DNA of 37,045 bases from positions 1 to 37,045 of the forward strand of contig JAOUBX010000044.1 of NCBI GenBank assembly GCA_029860075.1, read 5' to 3'. Shown in pieces: positions 1-7,185 of this stretch. Every line of letters starts with the position of its first letter. The first letter of the stretch is position 1. This stretch comes from Deltaproteobacteria bacterium (GTDB lineage: Bacteria > Desulfobacterota > JADFVX01). A program made the position numbers and the translations under genes. The notes beneath the pieces were generated by a model. That model was given only the letters and a program-made list of their open reading frames with translations. It had not been told where the DNA came from and did not search any database.

Positions 1-135
1 ATCAACTTCATTCTCTCATCCATAGGTTTCGTATCTTTCCAGGGCATAGGCATTTCCTCCTCTCCCTTTATTATACTGTTACCTATGTCTATATGTTATT
101 CTGTTACCCATCTTACTAGGTTGTACCACCCCCAA

Positions 136-168
136 CCCCCTCCTTGAATAAGGAGGGGGCTTTTTTCT
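136..168 (+). terminator. Rho-independent terminator-like hairpin (ccccctcctt-gaat-aaggaggggg + TTTTTTCT), possibly bidirectional at the rtcB 3' end
   Basis: Perfect 10-bp GC-rich stem at 136-145/150-159 followed by a T-tract at 161-168 on the + strand. The T-tract overlaps the rtcB stop codon (167-169 on the minus strand). On the minus strand the hairpin is preceded by the A-run rather than followed by U's. Confidence 0.5.
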
Positions 169-1372
169 AGCCCTTCACAACACCAAGAGGCCTTAACTTA
201 ACTAAAGGTTTAATAAGGTCAAGCTCTGACTCGATAACTGTATCGATATCCTTGTACGCCTGAGGTGCCTCACCCAGATCATGGCTCCCCTTCTCCTTGC
301 CGTGTCTCACCTTGTTCCAGCGGTCAAAGACAATTCCTTCCATGGCCTCGTTGCATTCCTCGACGGAAAGACGGCGTGAGGCCTCATTCCTTCCCATGGC
401 ACGACCCGCACCATGAGAGCAGGAAGTGAAGGAGTCACTGCTCCCCAGGCCTTCTACTATGTAAGAGGGGCTTCCCATTGATCCGGGAATAATACCAGCT
501 TCGTTTGTACGTGCCGATGTAGCCCCTTTACGGTGAACCCAGACATTTTTGCCAAAATGATTTTCGATACCTGCATAGTTATGGTGAATGTTTATGGGAC
601 ATTCAAATTCAGTGTCAGGAAAGCTTTCACTTAAGGCCTCCTTGAAAGACTCCATAATTCTTCGCCTGTTTTCTTTTGCATAATCGAGTGCAAAATTCAT
701 GTCTGTAATGTAGGCCTTACCTTCCTTCGAGGAAAGGGGAAGAAAAGCGAGGTCCTTATTGGGGATCTTTGATTTCAACTTGTCATTGAGGCTCATTGCC
801 ACCTGGTTGTAGTACCGTGCGATCTGGTATCCCAGGTTTCGAGAACCCGAATGAATCATGAGCCACACATACCCGTCATCTCCCTCCTGTAGTTCAATGA
901 AGTGGTTTCCCCCTCCAAGCGTTCCAAGGTTTCTGTTTGCCAGCTTCCAGATATGCTCTGAATACCATTTACGGTCTTGTGGGTTTTCAATTTTTTCATC
1001 AAAGCCATTCCAGTCCTGCTTTTTCTTGTGGGCCTTTCCCTCACCACAGGGGACAAGTTCCTTTACTCTGGTGACTATCTGCCGGATCAACTCCCTCGAT
1101 GTTTCAGTCACGGGGAGATCTGTTTTAACAGCTCCCATACCGCAGCCAATATCAACGCCAACGGCATTGGGTATGACAGCGTCTTCACAGGCGATAACGC
1201 CACCGATAGGCATACCGTATCCCTGGTGGCAGTCGGGCATTAAGGCCACATGTTTAAATATAGCAGGATGTTTAGCCAGATCTTCAGCCTGTTTTAAGGC
1301 GCCATCTTCAATTTCACCACACCATGATTTAATAGGAACCCTGTAATTATCTTCATTTTTTACCCATTTCAT
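167..1372 (-). CDS. rtcB: RNA-splicing ligase RtcB (3'-phosphate/5'-OH RNA ligase)
   Basis: 401-aa ORF with hallmark RtcB motifs (MPDCHQGYGMPIGGV, GVDIGCGM, NHAGRxxxR-like C-terminus). The start is 13 nt after the rtcA stop and has an AGAGG RBS. Confidence 0.95.
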   Translation of the reverse strand: MKWVKNEDNYRVPIKSWCGEIEDGALKQAEDLAKHPAIFKHVALMPDCHQGYGMPIGGVIACEDAVIPNAVGVDIGCGMGAVKTDLPVTETSRELIRQIVTRVKELVPCGEGKAHKKKQDWNGFDEKIENPQDRKWYSEHIWKLANRNLGTLGGGNHFIELQEGDDGYVWLMIHSGSRNLGYQIARYYNQVAMSLNDKLKSKIPNKDLAFLPLSSKEGKAYITDMNFALDYAKENRRRIMESFKEALSESFPDTEFECPINIHHNYAGIENHFGKNVWVHRKGATSARTNEAGIIPGSMGSPSYIVEGLGSSDSFTSCSHGAGRAMGRNEASRRLSVEECNEAMEGIVFDRWNKVRHGKEKGSHDLGEAPQAYKDIDTVIESELDLIKPLVKLRPLGVVKG

Positions 1373-1384
1373 AATATTACCTCT

Positions 1385-2410
1385 TTATTCGTTGTTAAAT
1401 AGCTTGATTTCCCAAAGTCCCTCTTCCACTTCATCCATGGTAATATCGACTTTTAGAAATTTGCCAATTACCTCTGCATTTGTCCTGGTATGCTCCGTTG
1501 GTGAAAGAGTGGTGAACCTTCCTCCTCCTGCTATAGCCATTGGTATCAGTAGCTGGTCTGCCAGATATTTCCCTGCCACTGCCTTAGATTCAATGTATTG
1601 CCTGGCACGGTTTGCCGCTTTTTTTGCTACCTTTTCAGCCTTTACGCCCCTTTCACCAAAGCCTGTAAAAACTTCTCTCATATTTTCAGACTCAACCTCA
1701 ATGGTTATTACATTGCCCGGACCAGGTGAATCTTTGACGGTCTTTGCCTGAATGCAGGTTTTATCGAGATTAAAATAATCCATGACAATTTTTAGTTCTC
1801 TGTGAGCAATTTTTTCAGGTATCTGTGATGTAAGAGCCCTGGCTTTTATTCCAATAAGTTTGCCACGTGAAAGCAGTTCAATCTTTTCAAGTCTGTCAGC
1901 AGGATTTACAAGTACCTTAAACCTTCCTCCTCCGGCAGGATAAAAACCATGCTTTTCAAGGGATATGGAAACCTGAACACCCATTCTCTCCAAAAGTGGC
2001 AGAAAGGCCTTTTCGAGAAAATCAAAGGGTGGGGCCATAGGATTATGAGTCCCACCTTCAAGCACGATCTCTGACGGCCCTTTAGCCACCATAAGTGCAG
2101 GAAGTATTGACTGCAAGACAAGTGTACAACTCCCGGCAGAACCGATGGCAAAGTGGTATTTACCATTTTTGATTTGTTCAGGTTTAAAGGTAAGGCTCGT
2201 AGAACGGATTTCATTGCCCTCTGCCCGCGCATTTCCTATCTCAACGGCGGCATTAACTGCCGTCAGGTGCTGCCGCATAAGTCCCGGCTTTCTCCTTTTT
2301 GCCCTGATGTTTTCTATGCAGAATGGTTTGCCCGTTACGAGGGATAGGGCCAGCGCTGTTCTAAGTACCTGCCCGCCTCCTTCACCGTATGAACCATCAA
2401 TATTAATCAT
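1385..2410 (-). CDS. rtcA: RNA 3'-terminal phosphate cyclase RtcA
   Basis: Collinear with E. coli RtcA (GEGGGQVLRTALALS, PGLMRQHLTAVNAA, FAIGSAGSCTLVLQ). The longest ORF runs to 2455, but the internal Met (MINIDGSYGEGGGQ) at 2408-2410 has an AGGAG RBS and matches the canonical RtcA N-terminus. Confidence 0.92.
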   Translation of the reverse strand: MINIDGSYGEGGGQVLRTALALSLVTGKPFCIENIRAKRRKPGLMRQHLTAVNAAVEIGNARAEGNEIRSTSLTFKPEQIKNGKYHFAIGSAGSCTLVLQSILPALMVAKGPSEIVLEGGTHNPMAPPFDFLEKAFLPLLERMGVQVSISLEKHGFYPAGGGRFKVLVNPADRLEKIELLSRGKLIGIKARALTSQIPEKIAHRELKIVMDYFNLDKTCIQAKTVKDSPGPGNVITIEVESENMREVFTGFGERGVKAEKVAKKAANRARQYIESKAVAGKYLADQLLIPMAIAGGGRFTTLSPTEHTRTNAEVIGKFLKVDITMDEVEEGLWEIKLFNNE

Positions 2411-2501
2411 TTTTATTTCTCCTTTTTCCTTAGCTGCCGGGTCGCCCCCTGACAAATTCAGGGGCGACCCACCGACAGCAGGCCGACTGAATTGTACTTC
2501 A

Positions 2502-3608
2502 TTAGAGCAGGTTTACCACTCTGTCGGCCAGACCTTTTTCTCCTAAAACTACACTCAATTTAGAATTACCGGCAATCTTTTCAAGGAAGTCCAGTTCCTT
2601 AAGCCTCATAAGTGTGGGGTTGCTCTCAAGTATACGTGCTGTGTTTGCCTGACTTCTCATGGCTGCCGTTTCTTCCCGGCGCATAATCAGGTTTGCATGG
2701 GCTGCTTTTTGAGCCTCGATGACCTTGTTCATGAGTTCCTTCATTTCACCTGGCAGGATAATATCCCTGATGCCAAGACTGACAATCTCTATTCCAAATT
2801 CCATGCTACGTTGACGGATTGTCTTCTCCAGCTCCTGAGATACATTCTCCCTGTCAGTGAGAAGGGTATCAAGATCATAACTCCCGATGACGGCCCTGAT
2901 AGCAAGTTGTGCCTCCCTGTAAATAGCCTGACGACTATCATCACTGGCAATGACTGACTTAAGGGGGTCTGCAATGCGGTAATTTACGACAGCATTCATC
3001 CTGAGCGATACCTTGTCACGGCTCATAATTTCCTGACCCGCTACATCAAGTACGGTTTCCCGTATATCTACATGGTAAACCTTGACCTTTCCTATTCCTT
3101 TCCAGAAAAGGTGTTGACCCGGCCCTAATGTGTCGACAAACTCTCCATCCCTGAAGTATAGCCCTTTAAATCCCTCATCAACGAATACCATATGGAACCT
3201 TTCCGTTGCATCAGGTGAGTCTGCTATGCTTTTGCGGCTTTTATGGATAAAGCGGATCTCGCTGGCATCAATTATTTCAATTTTTACTTTCCTGAAGGTT
3301 GTCCAAAGAGCATATAGCCCTGGAGCAAGAACCTTTTCAAAGCGTCCATCTATCCAGACAAGGGCACGCTCTGAATCTTTAAGGTCTATTGTGGTCACTT
3401 CTTCATCTAACAAGCCTGACTTTACCATAATGTCGAGCTTTTCATGGGTAAGCCATGGATCCCTCATGGAGACGACATCTACCTTTATCTTGTTAAGAGG
3501 ATCAACAAAACGGTGCTTACCCTTATCAAGCAAACCCATAAATTCCTGTTCTTTAAAATAGAGTCCTTTCTCATAGGAATGAACTTTCTTTGTTTTTATG
3601 ATTAGCAT
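2502..3608 (-). CDS. SPFH/band-7 (slipin/stomatin-like) protein with duplicated N-terminal beta-rich module; no predicted TM helix
   Basis: 368 aa. The C-terminal ~200 aa show typical SPFH/stomatin features, including an Ala/Gln-rich coiled-coil tail (KVIEAQKAAHANLIMRREETAAMRSQANTARI). An N-terminal internal repeat is visible (EKGLYFKEQEFMGLLDKGKHRF vs FKGLYFRDGEFVDTLGPGQHLF). It is first in the operon upstream of rtcA-rtcB and has a good GGAGGG RBS. Confidence 0.8.
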   Translation of the reverse strand: MLIIKTKKVHSYEKGLYFKEQEFMGLLDKGKHRFVDPLNKIKVDVVSMRDPWLTHEKLDIMVKSGLLDEEVTTIDLKDSERALVWIDGRFEKVLAPGLYALWTTFRKVKIEIIDASEIRFIHKSRKSIADSPDATERFHMVFVDEGFKGLYFRDGEFVDTLGPGQHLFWKGIGKVKVYHVDIRETVLDVAGQEIMSRDKVSLRMNAVVNYRIADPLKSVIASDDSRQAIYREAQLAIRAVIGSYDLDTLLTDRENVSQELEKTIRQRSMEFGIEIVSLGIRDIILPGEMKELMNKVIEAQKAAHANLIMRREETAAMRSQANTARILESNPTLMRLKELDFLEKIAGNSKLSVVLGEKGLADRVVNLL

Positions 3609-4034
3609 TTTTAAAATCCCTCCTTCAATTTCTTAATTATCTATCACCGGGAAATAACCCTCCGGAAGCGTTCCCTCTTTCAGCCACACCTTCAGGTGCG
3701 GAGCCAAGCTTGAGTTTTCTTCTGCTTAAGGCTGCCTTTAGCGTCCACCTTTATTTGCAGTAACTTCTTTCACTGTCATCACTCAAAAGGCTTCAGTCTG
3801 TAGGTCTGCCTAAAGCAGGCAGAAAGCGGTATCTGCTTGCTGCATGGCACCTTTAAATGCTGCCCTGTCAGGTTTTGAAATCCTCACCCTTTGGGGAGTG
3901 ACTTTACTAATGCCTTAACAGGGCCGGTCAAAAAAGGGGCGCTTCCTTCAGGTCGATATTGGCGATCATTACGATCAAAGGGGTTTTTAGCCCCTGCTTG
4001 GCGCAGGACTCGAACCTGCAACACTCACAGTATG

Positions 4035-4066
4035 GTGTCGTATCAACCGCAAATTATCATTCTCAG
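4035..4066. repeat. Inverted repeat arm R (32 bp), partner of 4270..4301
   Basis: gtgtcgtatcaaccgcaaattatcattctcag is the reverse complement of 4270..4301 with 30/32 identities. In the minus-strand RNA the two arms form a ~32-bp helix closing the inserted module. Confidence 0.9.
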
Positions 4067-4269
4067 AGTCATTCATAAAGTCCAAGGCAAGGCGCAGTCA
4101 TGCAAAAATAGTTATTCATATTTTAAATGGCTGCAACGCCGCATTGGGCTTTATGGGTGTCTCCCTTCGGGCGATATGATAAGTGGCCATCTACTGCGTC
4201 GTACTCACTTGAATTAGTAACAACTAGTCCTGCGCTCGTACGTCTTGCATATGACCACTTCTCATATCG

Positions 4270-4301
4270 CTGAGATTGATAATTTGCGGTTGACACGACA
4301 C
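4270..4301. repeat. Inverted repeat arm L (32 bp), partner of 4035..4066
   Basis: ctgagattgataatttgcggttgacacgacac, which is the reverse complement of arm R with 2 mismatches. Confidence 0.9.
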
Positions 4302-4476
4302 TCATGTGATGCTCTACCCATTGAGCTAACCAGTTCCCAATACCGGCCTTTGTCAGATCCCATGTCCGGTACACACAATGTTAATCTTTCAAACAGTGTG
4401 TGCCGCTGGCCCGGCGGTATGAGCTTTTTAAAGAACCTGATAGCGGGCATTTCCGCCATCTCTTGCCTTCTATAAT

Positions 4477-4492
4477 GGCAACTCATGTGCCA
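4477..4492 (-). promoter_or_regulatory. Sigma54 (-24/-12) promoter for the leader-spfh-rtcA-rtcB transcript
   Basis: The minus strand reads TGGCAC-ATGAG-TTGCC (revcomp of + 4477-4492 ggcaactcatgtgcca). This is an exact TGGCAC-N5-TTGC with correct GG/GC spacing. It points toward the tRNA-mimic leader and rtc genes, and the cognate sigma54 activator RtcR is encoded divergently. Confidence 0.65.
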
Positions 4493-4569
4493 ACTTTATA
4501 AAAAAAGCCAAAATACTTCTTAACTATCTGTAATAACGAATATAATTTATTTTTACAGACAATTCTGTC

Positions 4570-4598
4570 TTGACAACTGTTCTCGAATAATGCATATT
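4570..4598 (+). promoter_or_regulatory. Candidate sigma70 promoter for rtcR (-35 TTGACA, 17-bp spacer, -10 CATATT)
   Basis: TTGACA at 4570-4575 and CATATT at 4593-4598, about 37 nt upstream of the rtcR ATG. An adjacent small palindrome cAGACAattcTGTCTt could be an RtcR/autoregulatory site. Sequence match only. Confidence 0.3.
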
Positions 4599-4634
4599 TC
4601 TTATATGTATTTATAAGAAAGTATAAAATTAGAT

Positions 4635-6212
4635 ATGAAAAAAACAGTGGCAATTGGTTTGCTAGGAACCATGATGGATCAGGGCAAAGATGAGAAGCGC
4701 TGGCAGCGGTGGCGTCCGACGGTATCCCTTTGTCAGCATGAGGAATTGCTTATAGACCGCCTGGAGCTACTCTACGAAAAACGCTACTCTTCAATTGTGA
4801 AACAGGTTGCTCAAGATATTAAAGCTGTGTCGCCGGAAACAGAAGTAGTCCCTCAAAATGTACATTTTAGAAATCCCTGGGATTTTGAGGAGGTCTATGG
4901 TGTCCTTCACGACTTTGCCAGAGGCTACACTTTTGATGTAGAGAACGAGGATTATCTTATCCATATTACGACGGGAACACATGTGGCCCAGATATGCCTC
5001 TTTCTCCTGACCGAGTCTCACTACTTTCCTGCAAGGCTGATTCAGACCAGTCCGGCGGGAAGGCAAAAGGTTGAAGGTTCTTATGCCATTATCGATCTCG
5101 ATCTCTCAAAATACGACCAACTCGCCATGCGCTTCAGGCAGGAAATCAAGGACGATATCTCCTTCCTCAAGTCCGGCATAGAAACAAGAAATGAGGCTTT
5201 TAACAGTCTTATTGAAAGGATAGAGCGCGTTGCCATGCACTCCATCGACCCAATTCTCCTCATGGGGCCCACAGGGGCAGGTAAGTCAAAGCTGGCCCGC
5301 AGGATCTACGATCTCAAGCAGAGTCGGCGACAGTTGGCGGGAAATTTTGTCGAAGTCAATTGTGCCACGCTCCGGGGGGACGGTGCCATGTCGGCTCTTT
5401 TCGGCCACAAAAAGGGAGCTTTTACAGGGGCCATTGAGGGGAGGGAAGGGCTTTTAAGGGCTGCCGACAAGGGAGTTCTCTTTCTAGATGAGGCAGGAGA
5501 ACTAGGGCTTGATGAACAGTCCATGCTTTTAAGAGCCATTGAAGAAAAATCATTTCTCCCTGTCGGAGCGGACAGGGAAGTCAATAGCGACTTTCAACTG
5601 ATCTGCGGAACGAACCGGGATCTTCAAAAAGACGTTGCCCATGGACGTTTCAGGGAAGATCTTTTTTCCCGTATCAATTTGTGGACCTTTAACCTTCCTG
5701 GACTAAAAGAACGCCCTGAAGATGTAGAGCCCAACCTCGATTATGAACTGGACCGTTTTGCCGAGAGAAATAATCTGCATGTTACCTTTAATAAAGAAGC
5801 CAGAAAAGGCTTTCTTGATTTTTCTACATCCCCCGAAGCTTCATGGTCGGCCAACTTTCGAGATCTAAACAGTGCCGTCACCCGAATGGCAACACTCTCA
5901 AAAGGAGGACGGATAAGGGAAGAGGAAGTTCTTGAAGAAATGGGACGGCTGAGGAAATTGTGGAGCAAACCGGAAAAGGGAGAAGATGTTTTAATTGAAC
6001 GACTTGGAGAAGAAAAGGTTGACCGTCTTGACCGTTTTGACCGGGCGCAACTGGCCGATGTGCTGAGCGTATGCAAGCAATCCAAAAGCCTATCCGAGGC
6101 GGGGCGTATTCTTTTTAACGTATCAAGAAAAAGCAAGAAAACCAGCAATGATGCCGACAGGTTGCGAAAATATCTTACGCGATTTGATATTAACTGGACT
6201 GATTTGCAATGA
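4635..6212 (+). CDS. rtcR: Sigma54-dependent transcriptional activator RtcR (N-terminal CARF domain + AAA+ sigma54-interaction domain + C-terminal HTH)
   Basis: 525 aa, collinear with E. coli RtcR (KKTVAIGLLGTMMDQ..., Walker A GPTGAGKS, and GAFTGA at 5419-5436). It is divergent from the sigma54 promoter of the rtc operon. Confidence 0.95.
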   Translation: MKKTVAIGLLGTMMDQGKDEKRWQRWRPTVSLCQHEELLIDRLELLYEKRYSSIVKQVAQDIKAVSPETEVVPQNVHFRNPWDFEEVYGVLHDFARGYTFDVENEDYLIHITTGTHVAQICLFLLTESHYFPARLIQTSPAGRQKVEGSYAIIDLDLSKYDQLAMRFRQEIKDDISFLKSGIETRNEAFNSLIERIERVAMHSIDPILLMGPTGAGKSKLARRIYDLKQSRRQLAGNFVEVNCATLRGDGAMSALFGHKKGAFTGAIEGREGLLRAADKGVLFLDEAGELGLDEQSMLLRAIEEKSFLPVGADREVNSDFQLICGTNRDLQKDVAHGRFREDLFSRINLWTFNLPGLKERPEDVEPNLDYELDRFAERNNLHVTFNKEARKGFLDFSTSPEASWSANFRDLNSAVTRMATLSKGGRIREEEVLEEMGRLRKLWSKPEKGEDVLIERLGEEKVDRLDRFDRAQLADVLSVCKQSKSLSEAGRILFNVSRKSKKTSNDADRLRKYLTRFDINWTDLQ

Positions 6213-6258
6213 AGAGGATGTATCATTGAAAATTATTGAAAACAAACTGATAGTTAAA

Positions 6259-7179
6259 ATGAAGTTCGGTTCTCATCTTTATGGAACAGCAACCTCTCAT
6301 TCGGATGTGGATTACAAAGGTATTTTTCTGCCGACCAGGGAAGAAGTTCTTCTCGGTAAAATAGCGAAATGTCATAGCTACACCTCGGGAGAGGAGGGTG
6401 CAAAAAATACGAAGGATGATATTGATATTGAACTCTATTCTCTTCATTTTTTTATTAAGCTCGCCTGTGATGGTCAGACCGTTGCCATGGATATGCTTCA
6501 TGCCCCTCAAGATATGTTGATTGAATCGTCGCCCATCTGGGTTGATATTGTTAATAATCGAGAGAAATTCTATACTAAAAACCTTAAATCCTTCATTAAT
6601 TATGCCCGCCGTCAGGCAAGCAAGTATGGTATTAAAGGTTCCAGGTTGAGTGCTGTGAGAACCATTCTTGATCTGCTTGAAAAAGAAGATTCTTCAAAAA
6701 AGATGAGGGAAATCTGGCATATGCTCCCCGAGCTTGAACACTGTTATCATGTTGCACCTAATCCCGATGGTATGAGGCAGTATCAGGTATGCGGAAAATA
6801 TTTTCAGGAATCTGCTGCCATCGATTACGTCATCCCCATTTTGCAAAAGTTCAGTAACGATTATGGAGGAAGGGCGAGACAGGCGTCGGAAAATAAAAAT
6901 GTCGACTGGAAGGCTGTTTCTCATGCCTTAAGGTCAGCATATCAGACCAGGGAAATACTGACCTACAAGAGGATTACTTTTCCATTAAAGGAGGCTGAAC
7001 TTTTAAAAAAGGTCAAAGAAGGTAAGATGGATTATATGTCGGAAGTTGCGCCCCTTTTAGAGGATTTAATGGATGAAGTTGAAAGTCTGGTCGCCGAAAG
7101 CTCACTTCCTGAAAAAGTTGATCAGAAGTTCTGGGATGATATTATTTGCAATACCCTGGAGAAAGAGTTGTTTGGATAG
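6259..7179 (+). CDS. Pol-beta-superfamily nucleotidyltransferase (RlaP/COG3541-like, RNA-repair associated), paralogue 1
   Basis: NTase motif GSHLYGTATSHSDVDYKGIF (GS...DxD). The longest ORF starts at 6148 and overlaps rtcR by 65 nt. Alternative in-frame starts are TTG 6226 and ATG 6259, so the start is uncertain. A conserved helical C-terminal half follows. Confidence 0.7.
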   Translation: MKFGSHLYGTATSHSDVDYKGIFLPTREEVLLGKIAKCHSYTSGEEGAKNTKDDIDIELYSLHFFIKLACDGQTVAMDMLHAPQDMLIESSPIWVDIVNNREKFYTKNLKSFINYARRQASKYGIKGSRLSAVRTILDLLEKEDSSKKMREIWHMLPELEHCYHVAPNPDGMRQYQVCGKYFQESAAIDYVIPILQKFSNDYGGRARQASENKNVDWKAVSHALRSAYQTREILTYKRITFPLKEAELLKKVKEGKMDYMSEVAPLLEDLMDEVESLVAESSLPEKVDQKFWDDIICNTLEKELFG

Positions 7180-7185
7180 ATCGAT

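Larger units (their letters stand above)
3993..4343 (-). ncRNA. tRNA-mimic / Y-RNA-like structured RNA in the operon leader. The tRNA-like D-arm, anticodon stem, variable loop and T-arm are interrupted in the anticodon loop by a ~267-nt insertion closed by a 32-bp helix. The acceptor stem does not pair.
   Basis: Read 5'->3' on the minus strand: GGGAACUGGUUA-GCUC-AAUGGGUA-GAGC-A-UCACA-UGA | 32-bp IR | ~200-nt core | 32-bp IR' | CAUAC-UGUGA-GUGUU-GCAGG-UUCGAGU-CCUGC-GCCAAGC-A. The canonical D-loop (GCTCAATGGGTAGAGC, revcomp at 4311-4326) and T-loop (GGTTCGAGTCC, revcomp at 4006-4016) are present. A perfect 5-bp anticodon stem UCACA/UGUGA flanks the insertion. The 5' 7-mer cannot pair with GCCAAGC, so this is not a functional tRNA. 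Confidence 0.55.

Noticed and set aside
856-1346. ORFs antisense to or within rtcB (856..1056 -, 858..1346 +, 977..1243 +), and similar shadow ORFs inside rtcA, acnB, the MTase, ntrX and PLD genes
   Set aside because: They are fully embedded in strongly supported genes, have low-complexity translations, and are typical shadow ORFs.
3845-3860. Plus-strand TGGCAC...TGC sigma54-like sequence (tggcacctttaaatgc)
   Set aside because: The GG-to-GC spacing is one nucleotide too long for a -24/-12 promoter, and nothing on the + strand downstream would be its target. The exact-spacing TGGCAC-N5-TTGC on the minus strand at 4477-4492 explains the operon better.
3993-4343. Genuine tRNA gene (possibly intron-containing) on the minus strand
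   Set aside because: The D-arm, anticodon stem and T-arm are canonical, but the 5' acceptor 7-mer (AACUGGU) cannot pair with the 3' strand (GCCAAGC) and there is no CCA or proper discriminator context. The insertion is closed by a 32-bp helix rather than showing group-I-intron P-elements. It was therefore treated as a tRNA mimic or decayed tRNA rather than a functional tRNA.
3891-4486. Four overlapping 74-108-aa ORFs in the rtcR-rtc intergenic region
   Set aside because: They overlap each other on both strands, lie across the inverted repeats and tRNA-like motifs, and have no RBS or recognisable fold. They are most likely artefacts of the non-coding RNA region.
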